20,000 bases of DNA, taken from assembly GCA_021432655.1 (NCBI GenBank), contig MU271402.1, forward strand, positions 53,254-73,253, read 5' to 3'. Source of the stretch: Atractiella rhizophila (taxonomy: Eukaryota). This document shows, piece by piece, positions 1-10,323 of this stretch. Each line of letters begins with the position of its first letter. The first letter of the stretch is position 1. The translations under genes were made by a program, and so were the position numbers. The notes under the pieces were generated by a model, which did not search any database, was not told the origin of the DNA, and worked only from the letters and a program-made list of their open reading frames with translations.

Positions 1-3000
1 CAATCTAGCCGGCTTCCTACCGTGTCTTTTGTCCCTTCTTCGTCAGGCGAAGAGCCTTCCACAATCGTGGTCAATATACCTTTTATTCAGGCGAATATAT
101 CTAAACCAACACTGGATGGGCTCATTCTCCTTGCAGACGACCTTGCTCTTTGGGCCGCTCGCACGTTCGATGACTCTCCTTCAAGCACAGAGGTTTTGGG
201 TAGCCGCTTTTTTACTGCCAAAAGCTTTGTTCGACGACCGCCTGATTTAAGAAACGTTTCAGAGGCAAGCTCGGAGGTTTTGAGCCAGGGAGCAAAGAAG
301 AAGATGCAAATCAAGGTGAATTTGACCGAAGGTGAGTATGCCTGCTTTACTCGAGTAAAGACCTAAAACTCCACTCGGTTAGTAATCGCTCAACTCCAGA
401 TACCAAAGCAAGGCTTAGAACCTCAGACCCGTAGCCTTCGAGCAGGTTTGTCTGACGCTGAAGTCGTGCTTGAGACTGGCCGTGATGGCAAGGTAGTGTG
501 ATAGTCGCCTTCTAGCGAAGACTGACGTTGTTGTAGGATCAAATGTTCATCAAATTCGAAACAATGGACATGTTCTTATCAGACGTTACATTGCCGGAGG
601 AGACCCGAGTGATTGTCAAGCGGACGTTCCCACAGAGTTTGGTATGCATTGCCTCGATTTTCTGCTCCAGCTACTAAAATGTACATTCAGATGCATGGCC
701 ATCGTCCAGCCGTCCTTGTCAAAGTTTTATCGACCACTGAATCCGGGACGAGGCTCAAGGAGTCCAGAATTTCAGCTCAGTTTGCCAAACTCACCTACTT
801 TTTTACGCCAGATCTCCAGTGGATAGAAGACGTATCCGCCTATGGCAAATCTCCTGAGGGTGCCTTCGAGAACGCCGTTCCTAACGAGCTTACGAAAATC
901 AGGCTACGTTTAATTGACGTATCGCTGCATCTCACACCACCTTCATCCAGTTCTCGGCTCGTCGCAACAGTGGAGGATCTGGAGCTCAGTACCAACCTCA
1001 TGCCCGACGTACCTCGAACTCATGCGAAAGTTTCTATTCAAGAGCTGCATGCTCTTCTGATCGACAGTGTTCAACCGGAGATTCCCTCTCATCGTGAAGC
1101 AGGCTTGGAACGGCCTACTGACTATTGGAAGGTTCGCACACCCTTCGAGTCATAACCGTGCTAACGTTGCAAAGATCGCTGGATATGCCGAAGTGATCTC
1201 ACTCGAACGAGCCACCATCCTCTTGGGCTTGGGCAATGGCCTAGTTCTTCCTGATTTAGAGGCACGCGTTTTCTGTCTCGGGCCTGCTCCCTTTCTCACG
1301 GAGATATAGGTGCTTATCGAAGACACGTCCTGTATTGTTTCCGTCTGCGCTGATTCCTTGATCACGGTAGGGGAATTTTTTGGGGACCTGTCGAAGTTTG
1401 GAAGCGAACGTACAGCGTACGTCCAATGCTTGAAAGTTCCTAGCCGTTAACAATTATGACAGCAATCACATTAATCGGCGACGGTCTCGAAAGATGAAAG
1501 CATCCACGGATTTACTTGGTGCATCCCCATTACCCTCGCTTTTAATCGCAGTTTGATAGTCTTATTAGCAAACATCGAGAAGAAGGCATTTGTGAATGCC
1601 CCCCTTTTCGATGATGAGCCAGACTTTCTTCCAGACAACATCCCGAGCAACTTAGAGTATCTTCTCAATGCTCGACGCCAGCGACGTGCAGATCAGACAC
1701 CTTCGGAAATCCTTGGATCATCGATACATCCACAGGAAACAGTCATCTCCAACATCGAGGGCGAAACGATTAAGATGCTTGATGCAGGAGGGATCAATCT
1801 TATTGAGGACTATTTCCGTACACCGAAACACATAGACACCGATGGCGATGATGGGTACGTACTTTCTCCATGACTTACCCTGCTAAATAGGCTATTAGAC
1901 CCTTAGCCAGCTCCATCCGCTGCACCATCAACAACCTGGACTTTCGATTCCACCTCTATCGCGGATTCGACTGGGTGATCACTCGGAAACGTCTGGAAGA
2001 GCAAGCTAAGGTTGTCCGTCGACGTCTGATGAAGATACGGCAACTACTAGCCAACGGACAAACACTAGATGAAAGCCTACAGCAAGGAGGTGGATCGGTA
2101 CTCGATTCTGATGAGCTTGGGCTGCCTGCGGATGCGAGGAACATGAGCGCGAACGATCTCATTACTCACATCGATGAAGAGTTGCGAGACGATATCTCTG
2201 AAACGTCATCACAGCACTCTATGACCTCTTCGACAGCGAGCAGCGGGTGGGAAACGAATTTCTCTGGTCCCAAACCGCCTCCGAAACGAGTGTCCTTCCC
2301 GCGATCGCTCAAGCAAAGCGCACGGCCCCGTTCCAAGAAGAACTCCCTTGAGTTCAACCTCCTCAACGTTGCCTTACGATTTGAAGGCTTCCCAGATCCG
2401 TCACCGACTAAGAGCAAGATTCGATTAGAAGTCGACAACTTCAACATTGTAGACAACATCAAGACATCAACCTGGCATAAGTTCCTCACTGAATTGCGAA
2501 CCAGTGACGGGGGAGTTGTCCGCGCTACTGGATCACCAATGGTGCGCATGGAGATGAAGACCGTCCGTCCATCGACTTCTGGTGAAGAAGTCGTTCTCAG
2601 GGTATGGCTTCTTCTCAGCCAGGGCTACTTTAACCTCTGCGGCTGTTGCAGGTCAAAATATTTCCGATTCGCTTGCACGTGGATCAAGATGCACTAGACT
2701 TCATGAAAGCCTTCTTTGCCTTTCAAGTTCCAGGCTCACCACCCCCTTCACCTGCCCTGACGGCAAAAGAGGAAGGTGGTCAAGCGTTCCTTCGTACGCC
2801 TCTAACTCCAACCTTACCATTCAGCATCAACTGATGGGCGTCGACTCTGTCACAGAGCGTGTCGAGATATGGCCCGTTAAGATTAAGATGGACTACAAAC
2901 CTAAGAGGGTCGATTATTCCGCTCTGCGACAAGGCAAGACTATCGAATTGATGAATTTCTTCCACTTTGAAGGATCGGAGATGACTCTACGGCATATAAC

Positions 3001-3829
3001 TGTCAACGGCGTGCGTTCATACCTGTTCAGCGCTTTGGTCATTCACACCTCATGATGCGTTTGGTATAGATATCAGGGTGGTCAAAGATGGGCGACCTTC
3101 TGCAAGATGTTTGGACTCGCGATGTGAAGGCAAACCAGCTGTCGGATGTCATTTCCGGCATTGCTCCAATCCGCTCTGTAGTGAACATAGGCACCGGAGT
3201 CGCAGACCTGGTCCTCCTTCCCATCGAACAGTACAAGAAGGACGGTCGCCTCATTCGCGGCTTGCAGAAAGGAGCAGCATCCTTCGCGAAAACTACAGCT
3301 TTGGAGACAATTAAACTGGGAGCCCGACTGGCCACTGGGACTCAAGTCATTCTGGAGCAGGCGGAAGCCGTTCTGGGGGCTAAATTCCTATCCAATCTCA
3401 CTGCGGAAACCATTGCTGATACCGCGCTGGACATGGGAGGAGGCGACACGGATGAATCCGATAACGAGTTCGAAGCAGTTAGTCGTTACGCCACTCAGCC
3501 AGCGGACATTATAGAAGGCCTTCAGTCAGCATACAAGAGTTTTGGAGGAAATTTGCGAGAGGCAGCCCAGACCATCCTCGCTGTTCCCATGGAGGTGTAT
3601 GAGCGGTCCAGCTCTGATGTACATTTGCTTCTTCCCTAGTATCTAGCTCCGCTGACTTGATTGCTTGTAGGGCCGAGCGAGAGCAGTCGTTCGAGCCGTC
3701 CCGATCGCAGTCATCCGACCAATGATTGGAGCGACGGAGGCAGTCTCAAAAACCTTGCTGGGGTTACGGAATACATTGGATCCCGAAGCGCAAGATGAAG
3801 ACGCTGACAAGTACAAACGGAGAACGTAA
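1..3829 (+). CDS. ATG2: Autophagy-related lipid transfer protein Atg2, 5'-partial. Exons: <1-331, 383-492, 537-641, 691-1131, 1175-1261, 1310-1416, 1463-1518, 1569-1854, 1899-2601, 2652-2793, 2856-3010, 3070-3618, 3671-3829
   Basis: The spliced translation contains Atg2 hallmark motifs: VSVCADSL (CAD motif), FHLYRGFDWVITR, IVDNIKTSTWHKFLT, IFPIRLHVDQDALDF, KMDYKPKRVDY..ELMNFF, WTRDVKANQL..GIAPIRSVVNIGTGVADLVLLPIEQYKKDGR, and the C-terminal AVVRAVPIAVIRPMIGATEAVSKTLLGLRNTLDP...DKYK. All 12 introns (43-62 nt, one GC-AG) preserve frame. The stop is TAA at 3827-3829. Confidence 0.96.
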
Positions 3830-4281
3830 CGAACGAATTTAAGATAACGACCAGTACGGTTTGGTTCTTGCTTCCTTATCCTGTAGCAGTAGCTATTTCT
3901 CTTCTCAGTCGCATACTCTCGCATGTTGTTCAATTTCAATGGGTATCAGTCCTCGCATTTTTGTACAAATCTCTCTCATGCTTCCCGAGTTCTCTCACAT
4001 TCATTCACAATTCACCCGTTCACCCTTAACTCTCATCCAGAGTCATGCGACCACCGTTCTTGACAACCTTTGTTTGGTGATAACGTATGATATATATACC
4101 TTAATTGCATTGCATCGCTTCCATGTAAGGAGCAACTCATTTCCTTGCATAATATTTGGAGCTCATATTAACTTAATCTGGTCCTTCGGTTCGTTGATAT
4201 GTTAACAGGATAGTTCCTTGCATACATCGCAAATGATGGTGAAATTTGTCCAAACGTCCACAGTATGAAAGTTATCTGAAA

Positions 4282-6469
4282 TCACCCATCATAAAGCTCA
4301 CCTTTCCTCAAAGGGACCACCTCATCCTCTCTCCCGAAAGCAGCAACCTTCCCCTCCCCCTTCCCCTCTCTCAAAAACTCTCCAAATCTCACCTTCTCCC
4401 TCCTCAACGCCTCCGCCGTCGTGCTCCCTACCGTCGTCCCTTTCGATAATGCGTCAAAAGCGGGATTGCGAGTTGTGACTATGAGCTGGGAGAATATGGG
4501 ACCGGTAGGCGCAATGGAGAGGGAGAGCGCGCTAAGAAAACATTAGAAACCGTCAACTATGGCGGACTGGGGTCAAACGTACCGCAATCCAAAGAAGCAA
4601 CAGAGCAAAGCGGCAGATAAAGCGGCGAGATAACTACTGAGGAGGATAACGGGCTGATAAACGAAGACTGTCTGAGTAATAGTGCTCGTGCAGACCCCGT
4701 CCTGAGTTTGGGTTGAAGGAAAAGTCAAGGTGGAGATGGTGACGTTGGCCATTACTTCCGGTACGACCTCCTCCATTGGTCTAAGCACGTCCACCCTATC
4801 ACGCCCGATCCGCACAAGTCCCATGCTAGCGATAAATGCTGGGATCCGAAGCTCGTGGCCCCAGCCTTCCTCGTAATCTTGCGCTATGGTCACTTCACCC
4901 TTGAACAATTCGTTCACCACGTCCAAGGTGGCTTCGTTGAACTCGCTCATGTCTATCTCCTTCGTTTCGACGATTGTAAAACTGTAAGATGGGATGGAGG
5001 AGACGTAGTCGAAGGTGACATTATAGGAAGCATTGACAGGTTTGCACATGATCGTAATTAGGCAGCTGACGTCCTGGCACGTCGTTCCCGGAGTGGAGTA
5101 TTGCATCCAAAGGTCTGAGTACCCATCGATGACGAAATTTTGTTCTTCATTCACCGTCCATATGACTGTAGCATCGTCAAGGCCATCTTGCTTGCCGCAA
5201 TATTGGTTGGGACAACGATAAATGGATTGGTCGTCTAGTTTTGCCGCGAGCATTGCGTCCCACCTGATCAATGCTTCACGATCAGACAAATTAGACTGAG
5301 GAAAAGTCAAGCGGAATGAGACCTACTCCGACGCTTCCTTCCCCATACACTGAAATCCAGGCGCCCAAAAGGCTGAAGCCGTGGTACAGTTCGCCTGGCA
5401 TCCTTGTGGAAGAGGGACGGACAGCGGCGCACCTGCAGTCGCAGTTTGCCTCGAAAGTCTCCAGAAATCTGTAGTTGGACCCAAGTAATCACTCTCGTCG
5501 AATTCTGTAAAGGACTCTGAAGGCGTCCATATTCGCACTTGACACGGTCTTTGGATAGGTTCACTGGTTCGTATCTCGACTCGCAAACTACTAGGCGTGA
5601 AAAAGAGGACAACACCCACGGTCCAACCGATCAGTGAAACAAGGAGTGCGAGAGGAGCTTGGACGATGAGAGAGTGATGGAGAAAGTGTAGGGGATTAGA
5701 AGGGAGGCTGAAGAGGGAATCGATGTTGTCGATACGAAGGAAACGGGTGCGAAGCGTGTGCCAGAGAACTTCTTGGAACGAGACGGCAATGGCAATGGAA
5801 AGGGCAGATTTTACAACGAACACTAGAGATCGAATCAATTGGAGGCAATAAAGTTGAAAGAAGAGGGAGGCACCTGCGCCCGTGGATAACGTGCTAATGA
5901 GTGTCTGAGAGTGAGAGGAGATCGGGGAATTGTGCAGAGATGAAAAAACGAAGTGATGCGCTAAAATGAGAGCCTGACATTTAGTCAGTCACACAAAAAG
6001 GAATTTGGGAAAGGAAGCGGACGAATGCCAGAGCCGTGCAAGCAACAATAGTCTCAACCGGGCCTGCGAGAGTTCTGAGGAAGCGGCGAGGTTTGGATTT
6101 AATACCTTGGGTATTGGCGCGTACTTCACTTGCGTTGTTCTAATGTTGTTGAAAGTTAGGCATGAACCCTCATGTAACACAGAGCGTTGGCGAACATACC
6201 TCTTTCTCGACGTAAGTAACTGTTGAAGCTATGCTTGATGAACCAGTAGAATCTCGCTTCACCTTTTCGGTTTCGTTCCTCCCATCGGCGCTCTGTTCCT
6301 TCCAAGAAATTTAGCACCACAACGGTGCAAAATGACAACTGCTTACTTGGTCCGATCTCCACCATGTATTGAGAACCTCAACTTCATCATGGTTTTGGTA
6401 GATTGACAAAGATCGATGTCGGTAGATATCGTCACGCTCGAAGAAGTCGTAGGAATTTCCTGTTTGCAT
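4282..6469 (-). CDS. Conserved fungal multi-pass membrane protein of unknown function (~621 aa), from a family often auto-annotated 'formylmethionine deformylase-like'. Exons: 6469-6347, 6298-6200, 6139-6023, 5973-5874, 5822-5327, 5263-4583, 4531-4282
   Basis: Six frame-preserving GT-AG introns (48-63 nt) join the ORF-track pieces. Family-like motifs: LAHHFVFSSLH..SQ..STGAVFVVKSAL..FQEVLWHTLR..IDNIDSLFS..APLALLVSLIGW..FTPSSL; CKPVNASYNVTFDY; MEEVVPEVMANVTIS; VFVYQPVILLSSY plus a TM segment; FSQLIVTTRNP..VRFG..AAFGREDEVVPLRKGELY. Exons 1-2 are supported only by splice signals and an open frame. Confidence 0.8.
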
Positions 6470-6859
6470 TCGTAACAGTTATGGTAGGACAAAATTCACA
6501 AAACGGAGAAGCAGCGCTGGCAGCTGCTTGGGTATCTGGTATCTCTTCCACACGAAGCCAGAGGGACGCGCATTGACAGTTCTTTTATACTTTACGATGA
6601 TCGTATCATGAAAGGAGGGAACAAAGGGGCACTAATGAAAGTCGAAATCGTGCTGTTTAGCGTGACATGTGCCGTCGATAGAAGCAATCGGTAGCACAGC
6701 TCATTTCAGGTTCAACAAAGGGGAGAAATGCCGTCGCATACTCCTATGGAGTCGAAACCACGAAATAGGACATATCCTCGCTTACAGTAGTAGATTAGAA
6801 GCGAGCAACCGCTTTACACATCGCTGGCTGACCTAGGGAGGTGAGCTTCGCATATGCAT

Positions 6860-6940
6860 ATGATGAGTCATGAGTTCATTCTGCATCTTCATCGTCATCG
6901 ATGTTATGTGGGGACGTCGTATTGTTAGGGCTACAGCTGA
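6860..6940 (+). ncRNA. Candidate intronic box C/D snoRNA
   Basis: A perfect box C (ATGATGA, 6860-6866) and box D (CTGA, 6937-6940) span 81 nt inside an intron-like segment: GTGAGC (6841) ... CTAAC (6966) ... TAG (6976). There is no terminal stem and no convincing guide target. Confidence 0.25.
6863..6871. promoter_or_regulatory. Perfect Gcn4/CpcA (AP-1-type) site ATGAGTCAT in a divergent intergenic region
   Basis: Exact match to ATGA(C/G)TCAT. It lies between the divergent starts at 6469 (-) and 7740 (+). Confidence 0.3.
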
Positions 6941-7739
6941 GACTACTGGTAACGCATCAGCCGATCTAACTATTAGCCTACAAATTATCAAAGAGCAAAG
7001 TCTGTGAGGTTCCACATATCGATCTCCTCTTCAACTCATCGCCCTGATATCTTTTTCAATCTTCACCACCATGCACAGTGTACCTGCTGACTTTTCTCAT
7101 AGCAAGTACCGAAGCGTTTAAATCAAGCGGCGCAGTGAAGGATCGGCTTTCTTTGAGCGACAGGTGGGAATGACATCCCAGGCTCACAAACTGAATCATG
7201 CTCTTGGTATCTTGTCAGTGTGGCCCGTTTTCAACCAGGCTCTGGGAATCATCCTGGCAGCAGCATTCCGTACCAGCTGGGCTGAGGCAAGGACCGCTTG
7301 CCCAACTCGCACGACGCACGCCAAGGCGATCTTTCATGCCATGCAGTTGCCTGTATTCCTTAACACCTCACCTCAATCCTCAGTCGAATCTGGTTCTTCG
7401 TTATTCTACTACATCGTTAGCTTATGTCATTCCCCTTTCAAGTTTCAGCGCGGTCGGCATTTACGAACTCTTTGTCACGCGGAAGTATCGCATGATGCCG
7501 CATGCGCGTAGGTTAAAAATGAAAGGGATAAGCTGACGACTTTCACTACTGTACTTCAGAGCCGGTTGGCGCTGTTACCGGTTTTCTCTGCCAAAACTTT
7601 TTTCTGGAGCGAGCCTCGCATACTGCACCAGAGACCGCGGTAAGGTACATAGATGAAAGGGTTCAGTAAAACCATTTATATACAATTCCCTCGTTCTCTG
7701 CAGCCCGACCAGTCCCAGTTCCCGTGTACCGTTTAGCCA

Positions 7740-10152
7740 ATGGGTAGCATCATCCACTCTGACTATCCTTTCAGTGAGAGGAACATCCCCCAGGATGTAC
7801 GTTCCTCGCTCGATATTCTGCGAATGCTGTAAATGCTAATGGTGGAACAGATCTCGAGCTACAGGCTCATCTTTCATTCTTTAAAGAAAGAGGATGAATC
7901 CAAATTTGCAATACACGATTGTTCTATCGACCGTGGCCTAACGTGAGTCTCATCGTAGCCTCCTGACACATACCTCAAGCAGATTGCAAAACAGGTATTC
8001 TGAGCTGAACACCCACGTAACTCGAATATCCTCCTCTCTCACTTCTACGCTCAGCCCTAACAGCCGCATCGTGCTCTTCTCTACCAATTCACTCCACTTC
8101 CCGGCGATCATCCTCGCCTCACAACGCTCCGCACTCACAATCTCTCTCCCATCCAGCGCGCTAACAGCTGAAGAACTCTCTAATGTGCTCAAACCCCTGA
8201 TGCCCATAGGATTGGTGCTCTGTGGGAAGGGGTTAAAAGAAAGAGTCCTTCAATCACGCATTGCTGTAAAGACGATAGAGGTGGAGAGTGATGAATGGGA
8301 GGAGTTCTTAAGGCTTGGTAAGGGGAAGGAAGGCAAGAGTGAGCGGCCGGTGAGAGGCGACGAGGTTGGATGTGCGTTCATAGCCACATGCTTCCCTCGA
8401 ATCGCACTGACGTGCCAGATAGTTGTGCCTTTCTCTTCAGGGACTTCGGGAGTTCCTAAAGGCGTCTCTTTGACTAGACGTAACGTCAATATGGCTATTG
8501 TGCAACTAACCGAAATCGACACTGTAGTGAAGCACGGACACAGGAACCTGAATTTTCTCGTATGCAGCTTTTATCCGCATGTTGCTTAAAAATAATTGCC
8601 GTTGATAATGATTGGCACAAAAGCCCATGGTGAGTCCAGAATCTCATTTGACAAAAGTTACCCTGAAATCTTCTCAAAGGCACATATCTACGCAATGGGG
8701 TCCGCACTTCTGCCTTAAAGCGCCATTCAATGTTGACTTGTCAGCCGCAGGATATTACACGGGACCCTTTTACAAAGAGGAACGTTGTTTTTCGCTTCAT
8801 CTTGGGACGTGGAGCTCTTCGTTCGTTCTATAGACCATTATCAAGTCGAGGTCTGTTACGGTTCTTATTCCACATTGTATCCTGATGAATGGTTGTAGAC
8901 TTGCTATATCGTTCCACCATTGGCTTTAGCAATGATCGCACATCCTCAGATGAGTCTCAACGACCATTCAAAACTTCGTTACATCATTTCAGCGGCTGTA
9001 GGTCTCTCCCACAAACCCTTCATGTGTGCTATTTTTACACCTACTCATCGACTTGTAGGCACCTCTACCCCTTGATGTAGCGAACAGGCTCCAGGCGAAA
9101 TTCAACGGATGCAAAGTGTGCGAAGGTCTTTGTCTTCTCCAATGCCACTATGATCTTCTGACTAGTTTTCTGCCCAGGTTTTGGAATGACAGAGACCGCA
9201 ACTGTTGCACTGTGCGTGCCATTTGTACTACGCGCTCTGTCTTAAACTGAAGCTTTGAGCAGAGTTCCCGATCCGGAGCATCCTAGTCATACCCTTGGTT
9301 CGCTAGGAAGACTCGCACCTGGCATGCAAGCTCGTTTGGTGAACCACTCGACTGGCATGGAAGTAGCATCAGGAGAAGCTGGAGAGCTATGGCTTAAGGG
9401 ACCCGTGAGATTTCAGCTCACCACCACTGTTGTTTGATCCATAGATTTCATTGCAGAACGTCATGAAGTAAGTCTGAGATTTTCGTTGTCATAATTGCTC
9501 ATTATGATTGCTGTAGAGGATACTACAACAATCCGAAAGCTACCGAGGAGACCATTGTCGCAGGAGGATGGTACAAGACTGGAGATATTGTTTCTTACGA
9601 CCCTCAAACTGGTAAGTTCTCTCTGTCGTCTTTAATTATCTCTCTTGAAAAAAGTGCAGGATTCTTCAAACTAGTAGACCGTGTCAAGGAACTGATTAAA
9701 TATAAAGGCATGTCATGATCATTTTTTTTGCTTGACACTCTAGATGACCAAATCTTGACAGGGTATCAAGTCGCACCAGCTGAGCTTGAAGGTGTTCTCC
9801 TACAGTGTCCGCTTGTTCTTGATGCCGCAGTAATCGGTATCATTTCAGACAAAGAAGCGACAGAGCTACCGCGAGCATACGGTGCGCCGTCTTCTATCTC
9901 CAAATCGTTCTGCTCAATCAAAATCTGGGAGTAGTTGTTCCTAAAGACCCCTCACATCCGCATCACGATCTGTCGTTGCAGATCCAAGCCTTCGTCGCCA
10001 GTCGTGTCGCACATTACAAGCGCCTTCGCGGTGGGGTCAAGGTGGTTGCAGTGATTCCAAAGAATCCAACGGGAAAGATTCTGCGGCGAGAACTCAGGGC
10101 GTTGGCCGCCACTGAGGTGGTGGATAATGGTCCACGAAACTCGAAGTTGTGA
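7740..10152 (+). CDS. AMP-binding (ANL superfamily) 4-coumarate/phenylacetate-CoA-ligase-like acyl-CoA synthetase with a C-terminal PTS1 (SKL), ~540 aa. Exons: 7740-7796, 7851-7942, 7995-8371, 8423-8559, 8624-8629, 8680-8699, 8751-8850, 8899-8997, 9059-9125, 9178-9211, 9263-9404, 9457-9467, 9517-9611, 9660-9707, 9762-9881, 9935-10152
   Basis: The spliced protein has the P-loop FSSGTSGVPKGV, then FLPMAHIYAM, IVPPL, ISAAAPL, EGFGMTET, GELWLKGPNVMKGY, GWYKTGD, VDRVKELIKYKGYQVAPAELE, ELPRAYVV, KRLRGGV and the catalytic-Lys motif IPKNPTGKILRR. It ends NSKL-TGA. Summed exon length is 1623 nt, a multiple of 3. Confidence 0.93.
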
Positions 10153-10323
10153 GGTACTGAGGCAAGATACACCGAGACAACGCTACCAGTATATAACTGA
10201 AAGATTTGGTGAAGATTGCTCTCACGATAAACCACTTGGCTGGGTGGCACAGTGCAGCAGCTTCCTACACATTCCAAGTTGTTTCACGGTTGCAAAACGT
10301 GTTTAACAATCTGACATCAATTA

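Noticed and set aside
87..3939. Antisense ORFs overlapping ATG2 (and likewise in the kinase and GH43 genes)
   Set aside because: They are shadow ORFs of real coding exons with no independent evidence.
4341..4390. Purine/G-run tract suggesting a frameshift or G-quadruplex
   Set aside because: It reads in frame as EFLREGKGEGKVAAFG and is explained by the coding sequence.
3861..4449. ORFs 3861-4205 and 4246-4449 (+)
   Set aside because: They have non-ATG starts, lie in the convergent 3' UTR region or antisense to a real exon, and show no motifs.
5323..5325. In-frame TAG between ORFs 5323-5838 and 4573-5310, suggesting readthrough or a pseudogene
   Set aside because: The TAG lies inside a 63-nt intron (5326-5264, GTAGGT..CTGAT..CAG) whose removal restores the frame.
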